Source of the DNA: Desulfurivibrionaceae bacterium
GTDB taxonomy: Bacteria; Desulfobacterota; Desulfobulbia; Desulfobulbales; SURF-16
Assembly: GCA_046537975.1 (NCBI GenBank)
Contig: JBKHJR010000004.1
Coordinates: 556-64,555 of the forward strand
DNA length: 64,000 bases
Direction of reading: 5' to 3'
The translations under genes were made by a program, and so were the position numbers. Below, piece by piece: positions 15,996-25,348 of this stretch; the first letter of the stretch is position 1, and each line of letters opens with the position of its first letter. The notes below the pieces were generated by a model that did not search any database, was not told the DNA's origin, and worked only from the letters and a program-made list of their open reading frames with translations.

Positions 15996-16778
15996 ATGCC
16001 CAATTCCCCGGCCATCATCTTCGAACAGGTAAAAAAAAGCTACAGACACGATTTCAAACGCACCACTGCCATCGCCCTGGCCGGTCTTGACCTGGAGGTC
16101 AAAAACGGCGAAGTCTTCGGGGTAGTCGGACCCAACGGGGCCGGCAAAAGCACCTCTCTGAAGATCCTCATGGGCTTTGTCAGGGCGGACAGCGGCCGGA
16201 TAAACCTCATGGGGCACAATCCCGGCAGTCCTGAGGCCCACAACAGGGTGGGCTATCTCCCGGAAAACCCCTGCCTCTATGAAAACCTGAACATAACCGA
16301 CCACCTCCGTTTTGCCGCCCGGACCTCCGGGAATACCGCTCAGATCAAGGACAGGATAAAAGACATCCTCGCCATGGTTGACCTGGCCCATGCCGCCAGA
16401 ACCCCTATCCGCCGCTTTTCCAAGGGCATGACCCAGAGGGCCGCCCTGGCCTATGCCCTCTTCCATGAACCGGAGATCCTGATCCTGGATGAGCCCATGT
16501 CCGGCCTTGACCCCCTGGGCAGACGCCTGGTGGTGGACATTATCCGGCAGTACAATCAGAAGGGACACACCATCCTTTTCTGTTCTCACATCTTGACTGA
16601 CGTGGAAAGAATCTGCGACCGTATAGGCATCATGGACAGGGGAAAGCTGGTTTCAACAATCACTCCGGCCGAACTTGAGAGCATCCCGGAACAAAGCGGG
16701 ATTGAATCTCCCCTGGAATCCTGTTTTCTGAAAACCATAAAAGGTGAAGTACAGGAAAAAGAGAAGAACAAGACATGA
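15996..16778 (+). CDS. ABC transporter ATP-binding protein
   Basis: Walker A GPNGAGKST, signature FSKGMTQR, Walker B ILILDEPMSGLD. Confidence 0.9.
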   Translation: MPNSPAIIFEQVKKSYRHDFKRTTAIALAGLDLEVKNGEVFGVVGPNGAGKSTSLKILMGFVRADSGRINLMGHNPGSPEAHNRVGYLPENPCLYENLNITDHLRFAARTSGNTAQIKDRIKDILAMVDLAHAARTPIRRFSKGMTQRAALAYALFHEPEILILDEPMSGLDPLGRRLVVDIIRQYNQKGHTILFCSHILTDVERICDRIGIMDRGKLVSTITPAELESIPEQSGIESPLESCFLKTIKGEVQEKEKNKT

Positions 16779-17587
16779 GAAATATTTCCGCCCTTGCCCT
16801 GCTCAGTTTCAAGGAAGGCCTGCGCTACCGGGTCCTCTACGGTGTCCTGGTCTTCGCCCTGCTGGTAATGGTCCTGGCTGTTCTGGTCAGCGGCCTTTTC
16901 ATGCGGGACGTCTCCAAGGTCATCCTGGACTTCTGCCTGGCCTCCATTAATGTCGGAGGCCTTCTGATCCCCTTCTTCCTGGGGATCAATCTCCTGGCCC
17001 GGGATCTGGAGCAGCACACCGTTTTCGCCGTCCTGGCCCGGCCGGTCAGCCGCAGCCAGTACATCCTGGGCAAGTTCGGAGGCCTGGTGCTGCTGACTCT
17101 CCTGATCATGGCCATTCTCACCTGCGCCACTTTTGCTTCGGTCTTTTGCGCCAAACTGATCTACGGCAGCGGCTACTTTACCGCCTTTTCTCCGGGGGCG
17201 GTGCTGGTTTCGGTGGGCTTAAGCGCCCTGGCCCTGATTATCTTAAACGGCCTGGTCGTCCTCTGGTGTACCCTGACCACCAGCTCCTTCCTGGCCATCC
17301 TGCTGACCATCTTCTCCTACCTGATCGGCCAGACCGTGGATGACGTGGTCCGCTTCATCAGGGCGGACCATGACCAGGTCACTTTTTCCGCCACGGTGAA
17401 GCATACTGTAGATATAGCCCAGTATGTTTTCCCCAACCTGGCAGCCTTCGACTTCAAGCTCCAGGCAGCCCACGGCGTCTATCCGGCAGTCGGTGAGATA
17501 AGCCTTCTCCTCCTCTACGCCGCGGTCTACACCCTGGCCCTGCTCCTGATCTCCATAATGATCTTTAAAAGGAGAGATGTAGTTTGA
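16775..17587 (+). CDS. ABC-2 type transporter permease
   Basis: 270 aa, about 6 TM helices. 4-nt overlap with the upstream ATPase gene. Confidence 0.75.
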   Translation: MRNISALALLSFKEGLRYRVLYGVLVFALLVMVLAVLVSGLFMRDVSKVILDFCLASINVGGLLIPFFLGINLLARDLEQHTVFAVLARPVSRSQYILGKFGGLVLLTLLIMAILTCATFASVFCAKLIYGSGYFTAFSPGAVLVSVGLSALALIILNGLVVLWCTLTTSSFLAILLTIFSYLIGQTVDDVVRFIRADHDQVTFSATVKHTVDIAQYVFPNLAAFDFKLQAAHGVYPAVGEISLLLLYAAVYTLALLLISIMIFKRRDVV

Positions 17588-18468
17588 GGTTTTTGATCAA
17601 GACTGTATGCCCTCTTGTCATGGCAGTCCTGCTCATTGTCTTTACCGTACCCCGGGTCTATGAGGTCAGGTCCGGATACGTGACAGAGACCATGAGCCAG
17701 TTCGGCAGGATGCCCTCCGGGGTGGTTCAGGCGGTGAGTCTGGAATTCAAGGGCCTGGTGGCTGATTTCCTTTTCCTGAAAACCATTTTTTTCGTGGGGG
17801 AAAAGATCGGGGAGAAAAAAAAGGCCTCTCCCGAGGAATGGCAGCTCATCCATGACATGATCGACCGGATCACCGATCTTGATCCCACCTTCTGGGACCC
17901 TTACCTGTTCGGCGAGATGATGCTGCCCTGGGATGCCGGAATGATCGAGGAAGCCAATGAGCTCCTCCTGAAAGCGGTCCGGAACCGGCCGGATGATTAC
18001 CGTCCCCTCTACTTCCTGGGCTTTAACCACTTCTTTTTCCAGAAAGATTACAATGAAGCCGGCCGCTACCTGCGCCGGGCCTCCCGGAAGCCCGGAGCCC
18101 CCTACTACCTGACCGGCCTTGCCGCCCGTTTCAGTCATTACGGCAAAGACACCAGAGCCGGAATATCATTCCTGAAAAAAGTACTCCGGCAGTCCGACTC
18201 CCCCAAAATAAAGGCTTATCTGACCCAGAGGATCGAAACCCTGAAAATTATAGCCGATCTGGAGGACAAGGTGGCGGAGTACAAAGAAGAATTCGATCAG
18301 CCACCTGAAAAACTCGAGGACTTGGTAGAGGCGGGAATTATTCCGGAAATCCCGGCTGATCCTTACGGCGGCAACTTCACCCTGCTTTCCAACGGCCGGG
18401 TCTATACCACCAGCAAGATGGTGCCGGAACGGATCAGAAAAAAGAAAAAAACAGGAAGAAATCAGTGA
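17584..18468 (+). CDS. membrane-anchored helical-repeat (TPR-like) protein, unknown function
   Basis: 294 aa. TTG start overlaps the permease stop. N-terminal TM helix, then helical repeats (…EEANELLLKAVRNRPDDYRPLYFLGFNHFFFQKDYNEAGRYLRRA…). Confidence 0.6.
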   Translation: MRFLIKTVCPLVMAVLLIVFTVPRVYEVRSGYVTETMSQFGRMPSGVVQAVSLEFKGLVADFLFLKTIFFVGEKIGEKKKASPEEWQLIHDMIDRITDLDPTFWDPYLFGEMMLPWDAGMIEEANELLLKAVRNRPDDYRPLYFLGFNHFFFQKDYNEAGRYLRRASRKPGAPYYLTGLAARFSHYGKDTRAGISFLKKVLRQSDSPKIKAYLTQRIETLKIIADLEDKVAEYKEEFDQPPEKLEDLVEAGIIPEIPADPYGGNFTLLSNGRVYTTSKMVPERIRKKKKTGRNQ

Positions 18469-18469
18469 A

Positions 18470-18544
18470 TGGTGACCCCTACGGGACTCGAACCCGTGTT
18501 ACCGGCGTGAGAGGCCGGCGTCCTAACCGCTAGACGAAGGGGCC
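18470..18544 (-). tRNA. tRNA-Glu (anticodon CUC)
   Basis: The reverse complement GGCCCCTTCGTCTAGCGGTTAGGACGCCGGCCTCTCACGCCGGTAACACGGGTTCGAGTCCCGTAGGGGTCACCA folds by hand into a 75-nt cloverleaf. Anticodon loop CUCUCAC, TTCGAGT T-loop, encoded CCA. A TTGACA -35-like element lies at 18584-18589. Confidence 0.9.
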
Positions 18545-18585
18545 AAGAAAGAAGGGCTCATTTTTATAATATCGGGCCCCTGTTG

Positions 18586-19173
18586 TCAAGAGATATTCTC
18601 GCCCTTGACTATTTTGACTCCGCACTCCCTGGCCCTTTCCAGTTCTTCCGGATAACGGTTAATCGCCCCCTTACTGTCCACCCCCCTGACCAGCAGGGAA
18701 CCGCCGTAGAAAAAATCCAGGGCATCAAAAAAATAGCGGGCGGTAAGCTCCGCCCCCTCGAAGATCTTCTTCCCCTTGCTGGCTGCCACTGAAAGGAAAT
18801 AACCCTTATAGGAAGGATCCTGATTGCGGTCTTCCCTGGCGGTCAGCACATACTTGCGGGTCCAGAGGGCCTGGGCCCGGTCCACGCAGGCCTTGGCCTG
18901 GGCGCTTACTCCGTAGAAATAAATGGGAGAGGCCAGGATTATTCTTTTGGTCTCGGCAATCTTGTCATAAACCATGGACATGTCATCTTTGACCACGCAC
19001 TTGCCTTCTTTGTTGCAGCCCCCGCAGGAGATGCAGGGGGCGATATTCAGATCATTCAGGCGGATTATCTCCATCTCGCCGCCGGCTGACTCCACTCCCT
19101 CGTTCAGTGCCTCCAAAAGAAGCTGGGTATTCCCTTTTTCCCGGGGTGAACCGTTTAAGGCCAGAATTTTCAT
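18586..19173 (-). CDS. iron-sulfur flavoprotein / NADPH-dependent FMN reductase family
   Basis: MKILALNGSPREKGNT (flavodoxin-like fold) plus the compact cluster motif CISCGGCNKEGKC (CX2CX2CX5C). Confidence 0.8.
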   Translation of the reverse strand: MKILALNGSPREKGNTQLLLEALNEGVESAGGEMEIIRLNDLNIAPCISCGGCNKEGKCVVKDDMSMVYDKIAETKRIILASPIYFYGVSAQAKACVDRAQALWTRKYVLTAREDRNQDPSYKGYFLSVAASKGKKIFEGAELTARYFFDALDFFYGGSLLVRGVDSKGAINRYPEELERARECGVKIVKGENIS

Positions 19174-19238
19174 AGTATATCTTTTTTGAGGATATTATTA
19201 AATTAACGTCTGTTCTTCCTTTACTTGCTCCCGACTGT

Positions 19239-20777
19239 CTACTCTTTACTTTCATACTTTTCACCACCTGCTGCCAGTCTGGCGTAAAAGCCGGCCTCGT
19301 CCCGTAAATAATCGCTGACTTCAGAAGAAAAGAAATGAGCGGGACAGCGCCAGCGCCAGTTGCCCTTCTCGGTACCCGGGAAGTTCATCCGGCAGTCGCT
19401 TCCCAGCCCCAGAACATCCTGGATGGGGATCACGGCGAACCGGGCGGTGGAGGCGTAGGCCAGTCTGAGGAGATCTCGATTGATTACGGAACCGTCGCTA
19501 TTGCAATAGCGTCTGACCCGCTGCTTGGCCCTCTCGGAAACATCAGGATCCAGATACCAGCCCACGGTGGTATCGTTGTCATGGGTACCGGTATAGACCA
19601 CCCAGTTGTCATGCCCGAAATTGTGGGGCAGATGGAGATTACGGGAATCGGAATCAAAGGCGAACTGCAGGACCTTCATCCCCGGATAACCCAGTTTGGC
19701 CCGCAGCTTGGCAGCGTCTTCATTATGCATGCCCAGATCCTCGGCAATAATGGTCAGATCCTCGATGGCATCGGAAATCCTTTTAAAGAAAGCGGCTCCG
19801 GGACCCTTTTTCCAGCGCCCGTTGACCGCGGTTTCTTCAGAACCCGGCACTTCCCAGTAAGAGGCGAAGGCCCGGAAATGATCTATGCGGAGGACATCCA
19901 CACAATCAGCTATAGTGCGGAACCTGAGCCTCCACCAGTCATCGAGATCTTTATTGGGATTGCGGGCGGAACCCCAGAGATAAAGAGGATTACCCCAGAG
20001 CTGACCGGTTTCACTGAAGTAGTCCGGAGGCACCCCGGCGACATGTCTGGGTTTGTGAGTCTTGCGATCCAGATCAAAACAGTTCTGATTGGCCCAGACA
20101 TCGGCGGAATCCAGACTGACATAGATGGGGATGTCGCCGATCAGCTTTATTCCCTCTCTGCCCGCTTTTTCCTTGAGTATCCCCCACTGCCGGAAAAAAA
20201 GGAACTGGCTGAACCTGTGAAAGTCCACTTCCCGGCTCAACTCTTCCGAGACCCTGTGCAGGGCCTCGGGATCGCGATTGGCCAGGTCCCCGGGCCACTG
20301 GAACCAGGCTTTCTTTTCATATTTGCCTTTCAGGGCCTGGAAAAGAGCGTAATCATCGAGCCAGGCATGCCGGCTGCAGAAACGCTTAAAGGCATCATGC
20401 AGTTTTTCACCTTTCTTAAAAGACTCGAATGCCTTTCTCAACACTTTTTTCCTGAAGGGTGCCGCCAGAGAGAATTTGACCCTGTAATCCGGAAAACCGG
20501 GATCGGCGGGTAAATCCTTTTCCTCAAGCAATCCGTCTTTAACCAGCAGATCAGGACTTATTAATAAAGGATTGCCTGCCAGGACAGACATGGCCATGTA
20601 GGGTGAGTAGTCGAAAAAATCAGTGCCGGGGGTAGCAGGAAGAATCTGCCAGCAGGACTGCCCGGCCCTGCTGAGAAAATCAATGAAGTCCAGTCCCGAA
20701 TTGATATCTCCAATACCGTAAGGACCGGGAAGGGATGTCAGATGAACAAGTATGCCGGCCTCTCTTTCTGCAATCAT
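19239..20777 (-). CDS. malQ: 4-alpha-glucanotransferase (amylomaltase)
   Basis: 512 aa. GILVHLTSLPGPYGIGD, LRIDHFRAF and other GH77 motifs. Confidence 0.9.
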   Translation of the reverse strand: MIAEREAGILVHLTSLPGPYGIGDINSGLDFIDFLSRAGQSCWQILPATPGTDFFDYSPYMAMSVLAGNPLLISPDLLVKDGLLEEKDLPADPGFPDYRVKFSLAAPFRKKVLRKAFESFKKGEKLHDAFKRFCSRHAWLDDYALFQALKGKYEKKAWFQWPGDLANRDPEALHRVSEELSREVDFHRFSQFLFFRQWGILKEKAGREGIKLIGDIPIYVSLDSADVWANQNCFDLDRKTHKPRHVAGVPPDYFSETGQLWGNPLYLWGSARNPNKDLDDWWRLRFRTIADCVDVLRIDHFRAFASYWEVPGSEETAVNGRWKKGPGAAFFKRISDAIEDLTIIAEDLGMHNEDAAKLRAKLGYPGMKVLQFAFDSDSRNLHLPHNFGHDNWVVYTGTHDNDTTVGWYLDPDVSERAKQRVRRYCNSDGSVINRDLLRLAYASTARFAVIPIQDVLGLGSDCRMNFPGTEKGNWRWRCPAHFFSSEVSDYLRDEAGFYARLAAGGEKYESKE

Positions 20778-21077
20778 TTTTATCCATTTCCTGAAGTAAC
20801 GGGCTCAGCCGTGATTTTTCGTACAACGTCGCTCTCTGTATCCGTAACCCAGCCACGCTTCCGCTTTTAATGGTGTCACTGCTTTTGCAGGCGCCTTTAA
20901 GGCACAGACAAAGACTCTCTCTGCCGGGCCGGGCCGGGCATCTGAAAGGTATCACAGGGCCTGATTCTTGTAATGGCTTTGAGTCTGTGCTAAACTGCTA
21001 TTACTTTTTATAGCAGAAAAATACGGTAGATAAAATATTCTTTTTCCGACTACAGCAAATTTCGGGAGCTGGGAGAT

Positions 21078-21521
21078 ATGACAAAAGCTGAACATGGCGA
21101 CACCGTAATTATCACCTATGACGGCTATCTGGAGGACGGCGAGATTTTTGACTCATCTGAAGACAACGGCCCTCTTGAATTCAGGATCGGGGAAGGCAGT
21201 GTCCTGCCTGCAATTGAAGAAGGGGTGATGGGCATGGAAGTCCGGGAAACCCGGACCATTTCCCCGGACCCGGAAAATGCCTTCGGCCCCAGAATGGAGG
21301 AACTGGTCCAAACTGTAGACCGGGACAACTGGGACCGGGATGCGGAAATCGTTCCCGGGACAGTCGTGGGATTTAAAAACCAATATCAGGGGGAGGAACA
21401 CAACATCCCGGCCACAGTCATCGAAGTCAACGGTGATCGGGTGACAGTGGACTTCAACCATCCATTGGCGGATAAACAGCTCCACTTCCAGGTTACCCTG
21501 CAGGATATCAAAAAGGGTTAA
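21078..21521 (+). CDS. FKBP-type peptidyl-prolyl cis-trans isomerase (SlyD-like, no His-rich tail)
   Basis: 147 aa. GDTVIITYDGYLEDGEIFDSS...PLEFRIGEGSVLPAIEEGVMGM. Confidence 0.85.
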   Translation: MTKAEHGDTVIITYDGYLEDGEIFDSSEDNGPLEFRIGEGSVLPAIEEGVMGMEVRETRTISPDPENAFGPRMEELVQTVDRDNWDRDAEIVPGTVVGFKNQYQGEEHNIPATVIEVNGDRVTVDFNHPLADKQLHFQVTLQDIKKG

Positions 21522-21533
21522 CCCCCTATACCC

Positions 21534-22400
21534 ATGAAATCCGACCTGCTCAAAACAGTCCTGACTATTGCCGGTTCCGATCCTTCCGGGGGAGCGGGGA
21601 TTCAAGCGGACATCAAGACCTTCACAACCGTGGGGGTTTACTGCGGCGCAGTTATTACCGCGGTAACCTGCCAGAATACCAGGGGGGTCGGTTATTTTTC
21701 CTCTCTTTCCCCCACCCTGGTAAAAGATCAGATTAACAGTGTGCTGACTGACCTGAATGTAAGCCACATCAAAATTGGTATGCTGGGTAGTGCCGAAATC
21801 GCCGAGTCTGTAAGGCAGTGCCTGAATGATTACGAAGGGGAAATAATTTTTGATCCGGTGAGGGCTGCGGGCAGCGGCGACCCACTCTACCACGGCCGGG
21901 GACAGGAGGGACTCGGTGCGGAGATGGAAGGAATTGTCAGGCTGGCCACTGTAATAACTCCCAATCTGGATGAACTTGCCGCCCTCAGCAAAACAGCCTG
22001 TCCCGACAGCGAAACCGCCCTGCAGGCGGCAGGACAGCTACTCACCGAATTCCCCGGCCTGAGAGCGGTATGCTTGACCGGAGGGCACCTGAATGAAGCT
22101 CCGGAAATGGTAACCGATTTCCTGGTTAACAGGGCTGACTCTGAATACGGAGGCGAATCCTCTTCGGATGAGCCTTCTGTCCACCTGAACAGCCATCCCT
22201 TCATAAAAAGCTCCAACCTCCACGGTACCGGCTGTACCTTCTCCAGCGCCTTTACCGCTTATCACCTCTTAAGCGGGGATGACCGGACAGCTTTCACCAG
22301 GGCCTCGGAGTTTACCGCCCGGCTTATAGAAAAAAGCGCACCCTATAGTATAGGACGGGGCAACGGCCCCCTGCTGCACTCCCTGTTTAATTCGAGTTAG
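21534..22400 (+). CDS. thiD: hydroxymethylpyrimidine/phosphomethylpyrimidine kinase
   Basis: LTIAGSDPSGGAGIQADIKTF and a C-terminal GTGCTFSSAF motif. Confidence 0.9.
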   Translation: MKSDLLKTVLTIAGSDPSGGAGIQADIKTFTTVGVYCGAVITAVTCQNTRGVGYFSSLSPTLVKDQINSVLTDLNVSHIKIGMLGSAEIAESVRQCLNDYEGEIIFDPVRAAGSGDPLYHGRGQEGLGAEMEGIVRLATVITPNLDELAALSKTACPDSETALQAAGQLLTEFPGLRAVCLTGGHLNEAPEMVTDFLVNRADSEYGGESSSDEPSVHLNSHPFIKSSNLHGTGCTFSSAFTAYHLLSGDDRTAFTRASEFTARLIEKSAPYSIGRGNGPLLHSLFNSS

Positions 22401-22415
22401 GGCACCGGCCAGCAA

Positions 22416-22610
22416 TCAATAAGTCATCCTGACCCGGCCGCAGTCAGGACAGACCCAGGTCGGTCCATTACTTATCCCCCACCTGTTTTCCATGAAACAG
22501 TCATAACAGATCATAAAACCGCAGGGGCAGTTGTAACAGTAGGGCTTAACCTGTCTGCAGCAGTGACACTGAAAAGTTCTTTTCCTTTTCTTCCGTCCGG
22601 TTTCCGCCAT
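22416..22610 (-). CDS. small Cys-rich (zinc-ribbon-like) protein with basic N-terminus
   Basis: 64 aa with 11 Cys, including CHCC, CYNCPC, CYDC and CPDC pairs. N-terminal GRKKRKR. No family recognised. Confidence 0.5.
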   Translation of the reverse strand: MAETGRKKRKRTFQCHCCRQVKPYCYNCPCGFMICYDCFMENRWGISNGPTWVCPDCGRVRMTY

Positions 22611-22762
22611 TCTTTAATATGTCCAGAGACGTAAGATGAGAGATATTTTGAATAATTACGGCCTGATTCAGGATAATGTTTGGCAAGAATGCCTTACAGT
22701 ATTACAATAGGCCTCAGTTATTCATTGACCCGTAATTCAATTAAAACTGTAATTATAATTTA

Positions 22763-23599
22763 ATGGAAAAACAACTCCTTCATGTTTTCCGCAACACCCC
22801 CTTGGGCCGGGAACTGCTTCTGCAGTCCACCTATTTCTGCAAGACCCTGGGAATCACTCCGGTTGTCTATATTCCGAACTACAGCAGCTTTCTTATCTAT
22901 TTCGCCTTTAACATAGTCCAGGTGGACCTGGACAGCTCATATCTCCGGAATCCCGGAACAGCCCGTAAACATGTCCGGGAAATCTTTGAATTACAGGGCA
23001 TGCCCGAACCTTATTTTCTGGAAACCGAGACCTTTACTGCCGCCGGACTCCCTGATCTACCCTCCCGTTTTTCTTTTATGTGCTGCCCGCGCAGCATCAG
23101 CGATCTTTCCAGCAAAATCGGTTTGGGCTACATCGGGCCCAAGGTCAGGCTCCTGGTTCAGACAGCCCCTTTTCCCGTATTGCTGGGCAGTTCCGTTTAC
23201 AAGAAATGGCGGAGCATCACCGTGTTTTTCGGCGGCTCCCGGAATGCGGTCAAGGCCCTCCGGGTAGGGTTGGAGCTCTCCTGGCTGTCAGGACTTCCAC
23301 TGGACGTCTTTACCCAGGAAGGAAGACAGAAGGAAGATGATTACCGGCAGATAGTCAAAGAAGAAGGCCTGGAGCAGGAAATGGAAGAAAAGGTCAGGAA
23401 CTGGTGGCGGTTCAAGGCGGGAGACTTTACTGTTAATCTTTATGAAACCCCGCATGACTCCCTTGTAATTCTGGGGGCTTACGGACACGGGGTTATCAAG
23501 GAACTGCTTTTCGGCAGTACCATGGAGACGGTACAGACCGTTCTGCCCAACAATCTGCTGATAGTAGGTCCCCATGTCCAGATTAAATGGACTCAGTAA
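22763..23599 (+). CDS. universal stress protein family protein (tandem USP-like)
   Basis: C-terminal LVILGAYGHGVIKELLFGSTMETVQTVLPNNLLIVGP is the USP G-2x-G-9x-G(S/T) region. The N-terminal half is divergent. Confidence 0.65.
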   Translation: MEKQLLHVFRNTPLGRELLLQSTYFCKTLGITPVVYIPNYSSFLIYFAFNIVQVDLDSSYLRNPGTARKHVREIFELQGMPEPYFLETETFTAAGLPDLPSRFSFMCCPRSISDLSSKIGLGYIGPKVRLLVQTAPFPVLLGSSVYKKWRSITVFFGGSRNAVKALRVGLELSWLSGLPLDVFTQEGRQKEDDYRQIVKEEGLEQEMEEKVRNWWRFKAGDFTVNLYETPHDSLVILGAYGHGVIKELLFGSTMETVQTVLPNNLLIVGPHVQIKWTQ

Positions 23600-23673
23600 C
23601 ATAAGTTAATGTCATTAAGCAGGAAAGCTGAAATTAAAATCTAATCAATAACCTGAACCAGGAACGAAATCCT

Positions 23674-24441
23674 ATGCTTCTGGCAGTTGATGTAGGCAAC
23701 ACTCATACCGTTATCGGCCTTTTTCAGGGCGATTTTCTCCTGGCCCACTGGCGGGTGAGGACCAGCCGTCATGATACTACTGATGACCTGGCCGTCCTCC
23801 TGCACGGTCTTTTCGCCGCGGACAACCTCTCCCTGGATATGATATCCGGATCTATCATAGGTTCTGTGGTTCCGGTTCTGAAAAAAAGCTGGCGTGATCT
23901 GGGCCGGAAGTATACAGAAGCCGTTCCCCTGGAAGTCGGCCCCCATCTTGAAACCGGAATTACCATTGCCACCAGGGCCCCTGAGGAAGTGGGGGCTGAC
24001 CGGATTATTAACAGCGTGGCCGGCTTTGATCTGTACTCCCAGGATCTGATTATCATCGATTTTGGTACAGCCATCACCTTTGACTGTATATCCCGGCGGG
24101 GAGAATATATAGGCGGCGCTATAGCCCCGGGCCTCAGGGTCGCCAGCGACGCCCTGACCAACGAAGCGGCGAAACTGCCCCGGGTGGAGCTCAACTCCCC
24201 TCCCCCGCTGGCCATTGGAGACACCACGGAGACCGCACTGCAATCCGGTTTCATTTACGGTTTTACAGGCCTGGTGGAAGGCATGGTGAAAATGATGATC
24301 AAGGAATTCCCTACCCGTCCCCGGGTCATAGCTACCGGAGGTATGGCGGAAGTGATTGCCCCCTGCACCGGGATTATCGATAATCTGGAGCCGATGCTCA
24401 CTTTAAACGGTCTGCGGATACTTTATGCCAGAAACAGCTGA
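23674..24441 (+). CDS. coaX: type III pantothenate kinase
   Basis: MLLAVDVGNTHTVIGLF..., GADRI and IIIDFGTAITFD motifs. Confidence 0.92.
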   Translation: MLLAVDVGNTHTVIGLFQGDFLLAHWRVRTSRHDTTDDLAVLLHGLFAADNLSLDMISGSIIGSVVPVLKKSWRDLGRKYTEAVPLEVGPHLETGITIATRAPEEVGADRIINSVAGFDLYSQDLIIIDFGTAITFDCISRRGEYIGGAIAPGLRVASDALTNEAAKLPRVELNSPPPLAIGDTTETALQSGFIYGFTGLVEGMVKMMIKEFPTRPRVIATGGMAEVIAPCTGIIDNLEPMLTLNGLRILYARNS

Positions 24442-25348
24442 TTCATCCCTGATTATCCCGCCACTGCCGGAAAAAGGTGATACCTTCGGTATAATTGCTC
24501 CTGCCGGCCCCTGGAAGGATGAGGAATTCCAAAAAGGTATCAGCATCCTGGAAGGTCACGGCTTCCGGGTCAAGCTGCCTGCTCCTCTGCCCGCCGGGCA
24601 AGGCTATCTTGCCGGCTCGGACCGCCAGCGCTTAAAAGCCTTTGAACAGATCTGGCAGGATCCCGAAGTCAAAGTAGTCATGCCGGCAAGGGGGGGATAC
24701 GGCTCCCTGCGCCTCCTGAACCTCCTGGACTACCGGTTTATCAGAGCCAACCCCAAGTTATTAGTGGGGTTCAGCGATGTATGCTGTATCCTGCAGGCCC
24801 TCTACAGGTACTGCGGCCTTCTTGCTTTCCACGGCCCCATGCTGACCACCTTGAACAAATGCAACCGGACTTCGCTCGAGTTCTTATTCGAACAGCTTAG
24901 CGGCCGGGTTTCCCGGATCAGCCCGGACAGGATAAAGATCCTCAAAGCAGGCGACGCCACGGGAATTCTTTCCGGAGGCAACCTGACCACCTTGGCTCAT
25001 CTAACCTCAACCGCTTATGAGATCTCCTGGCAGGACAAGATTATCTTTCTGGAAGATGTGGGGGAATCCCCCTACCGAATCGATCGGCTCTTCACTCATC
25101 TCTATATGGCGGGAAAGTTCAAGGGGATAAGGGGTCTTATTCTGGGCGAATTTTCCAATTGCGGGGATGAGGAAGATATATGGGACCTGGTACTGGAACT
25201 TTTCCAGAAAGAAGATTTCCCGATCTGGGCCGATTTTCCGGTGGGCCACGGCCTGAGAAACCTTACTCTGCCTCTGGGGGTAGAGGCCGGAATGGACTCG
25301 GCCCGGAAAGAATTAAGCTTCACTCTTTCCGGGACCCGTCTGTTTTGA
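24425..25348 (+). CDS. ldcA: LD-carboxypeptidase (muramoyltetrapeptide carboxypeptidase family, S66)
   Basis: GFSDV (nucleophile Ser), FLEDVGE and FPVGHG triad context. Confidence 0.85.
   Translation: MPETADSSLIIPPLPEKGDTFGIIAPAGPWKDEEFQKGISILEGHGFRVKLPAPLPAGQGYLAGSDRQRLKAFEQIWQDPEVKVVMPARGGYGSLRLLNLLDYRFIRANPKLLVGFSDVCCILQALYRYCGLLAFHGPMLTTLNKCNRTSLEFLFEQLSGRVSRISPDRIKILKAGDATGILSGGNLTTLAHLTSTAYEISWQDKIIFLEDVGESPYRIDRLFTHLYMAGKFKGIRGLILGEFSNCGDEEDIWDLVLELFQKEDFPIWADFPVGHGLRNLTLPLGVEAGMDSARKELSFTLSGTRLF

Noticed and set aside
20860-20900. SRP RNA-like GGAA tetraloop (minus strand ...AAGC-GGAA-GCGU...) and possible 6S-like long-range pairing in the malQ spacer.
   Set aside because: The flanking sequence does not match the conserved SRP helix-8 loops (AGCA / GGAA context) or 6S architecture as far as I can fold it by hand.
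20680-20955. 91-aa minus-strand ORF overlapping the malQ start and upstream spacer.
   Set aside because: It overlaps the malQ N-terminus in another frame, is Cys/Arg-rich low complexity, and has no SD. The region is treated as non-coding leader (see the finding on this spacer).
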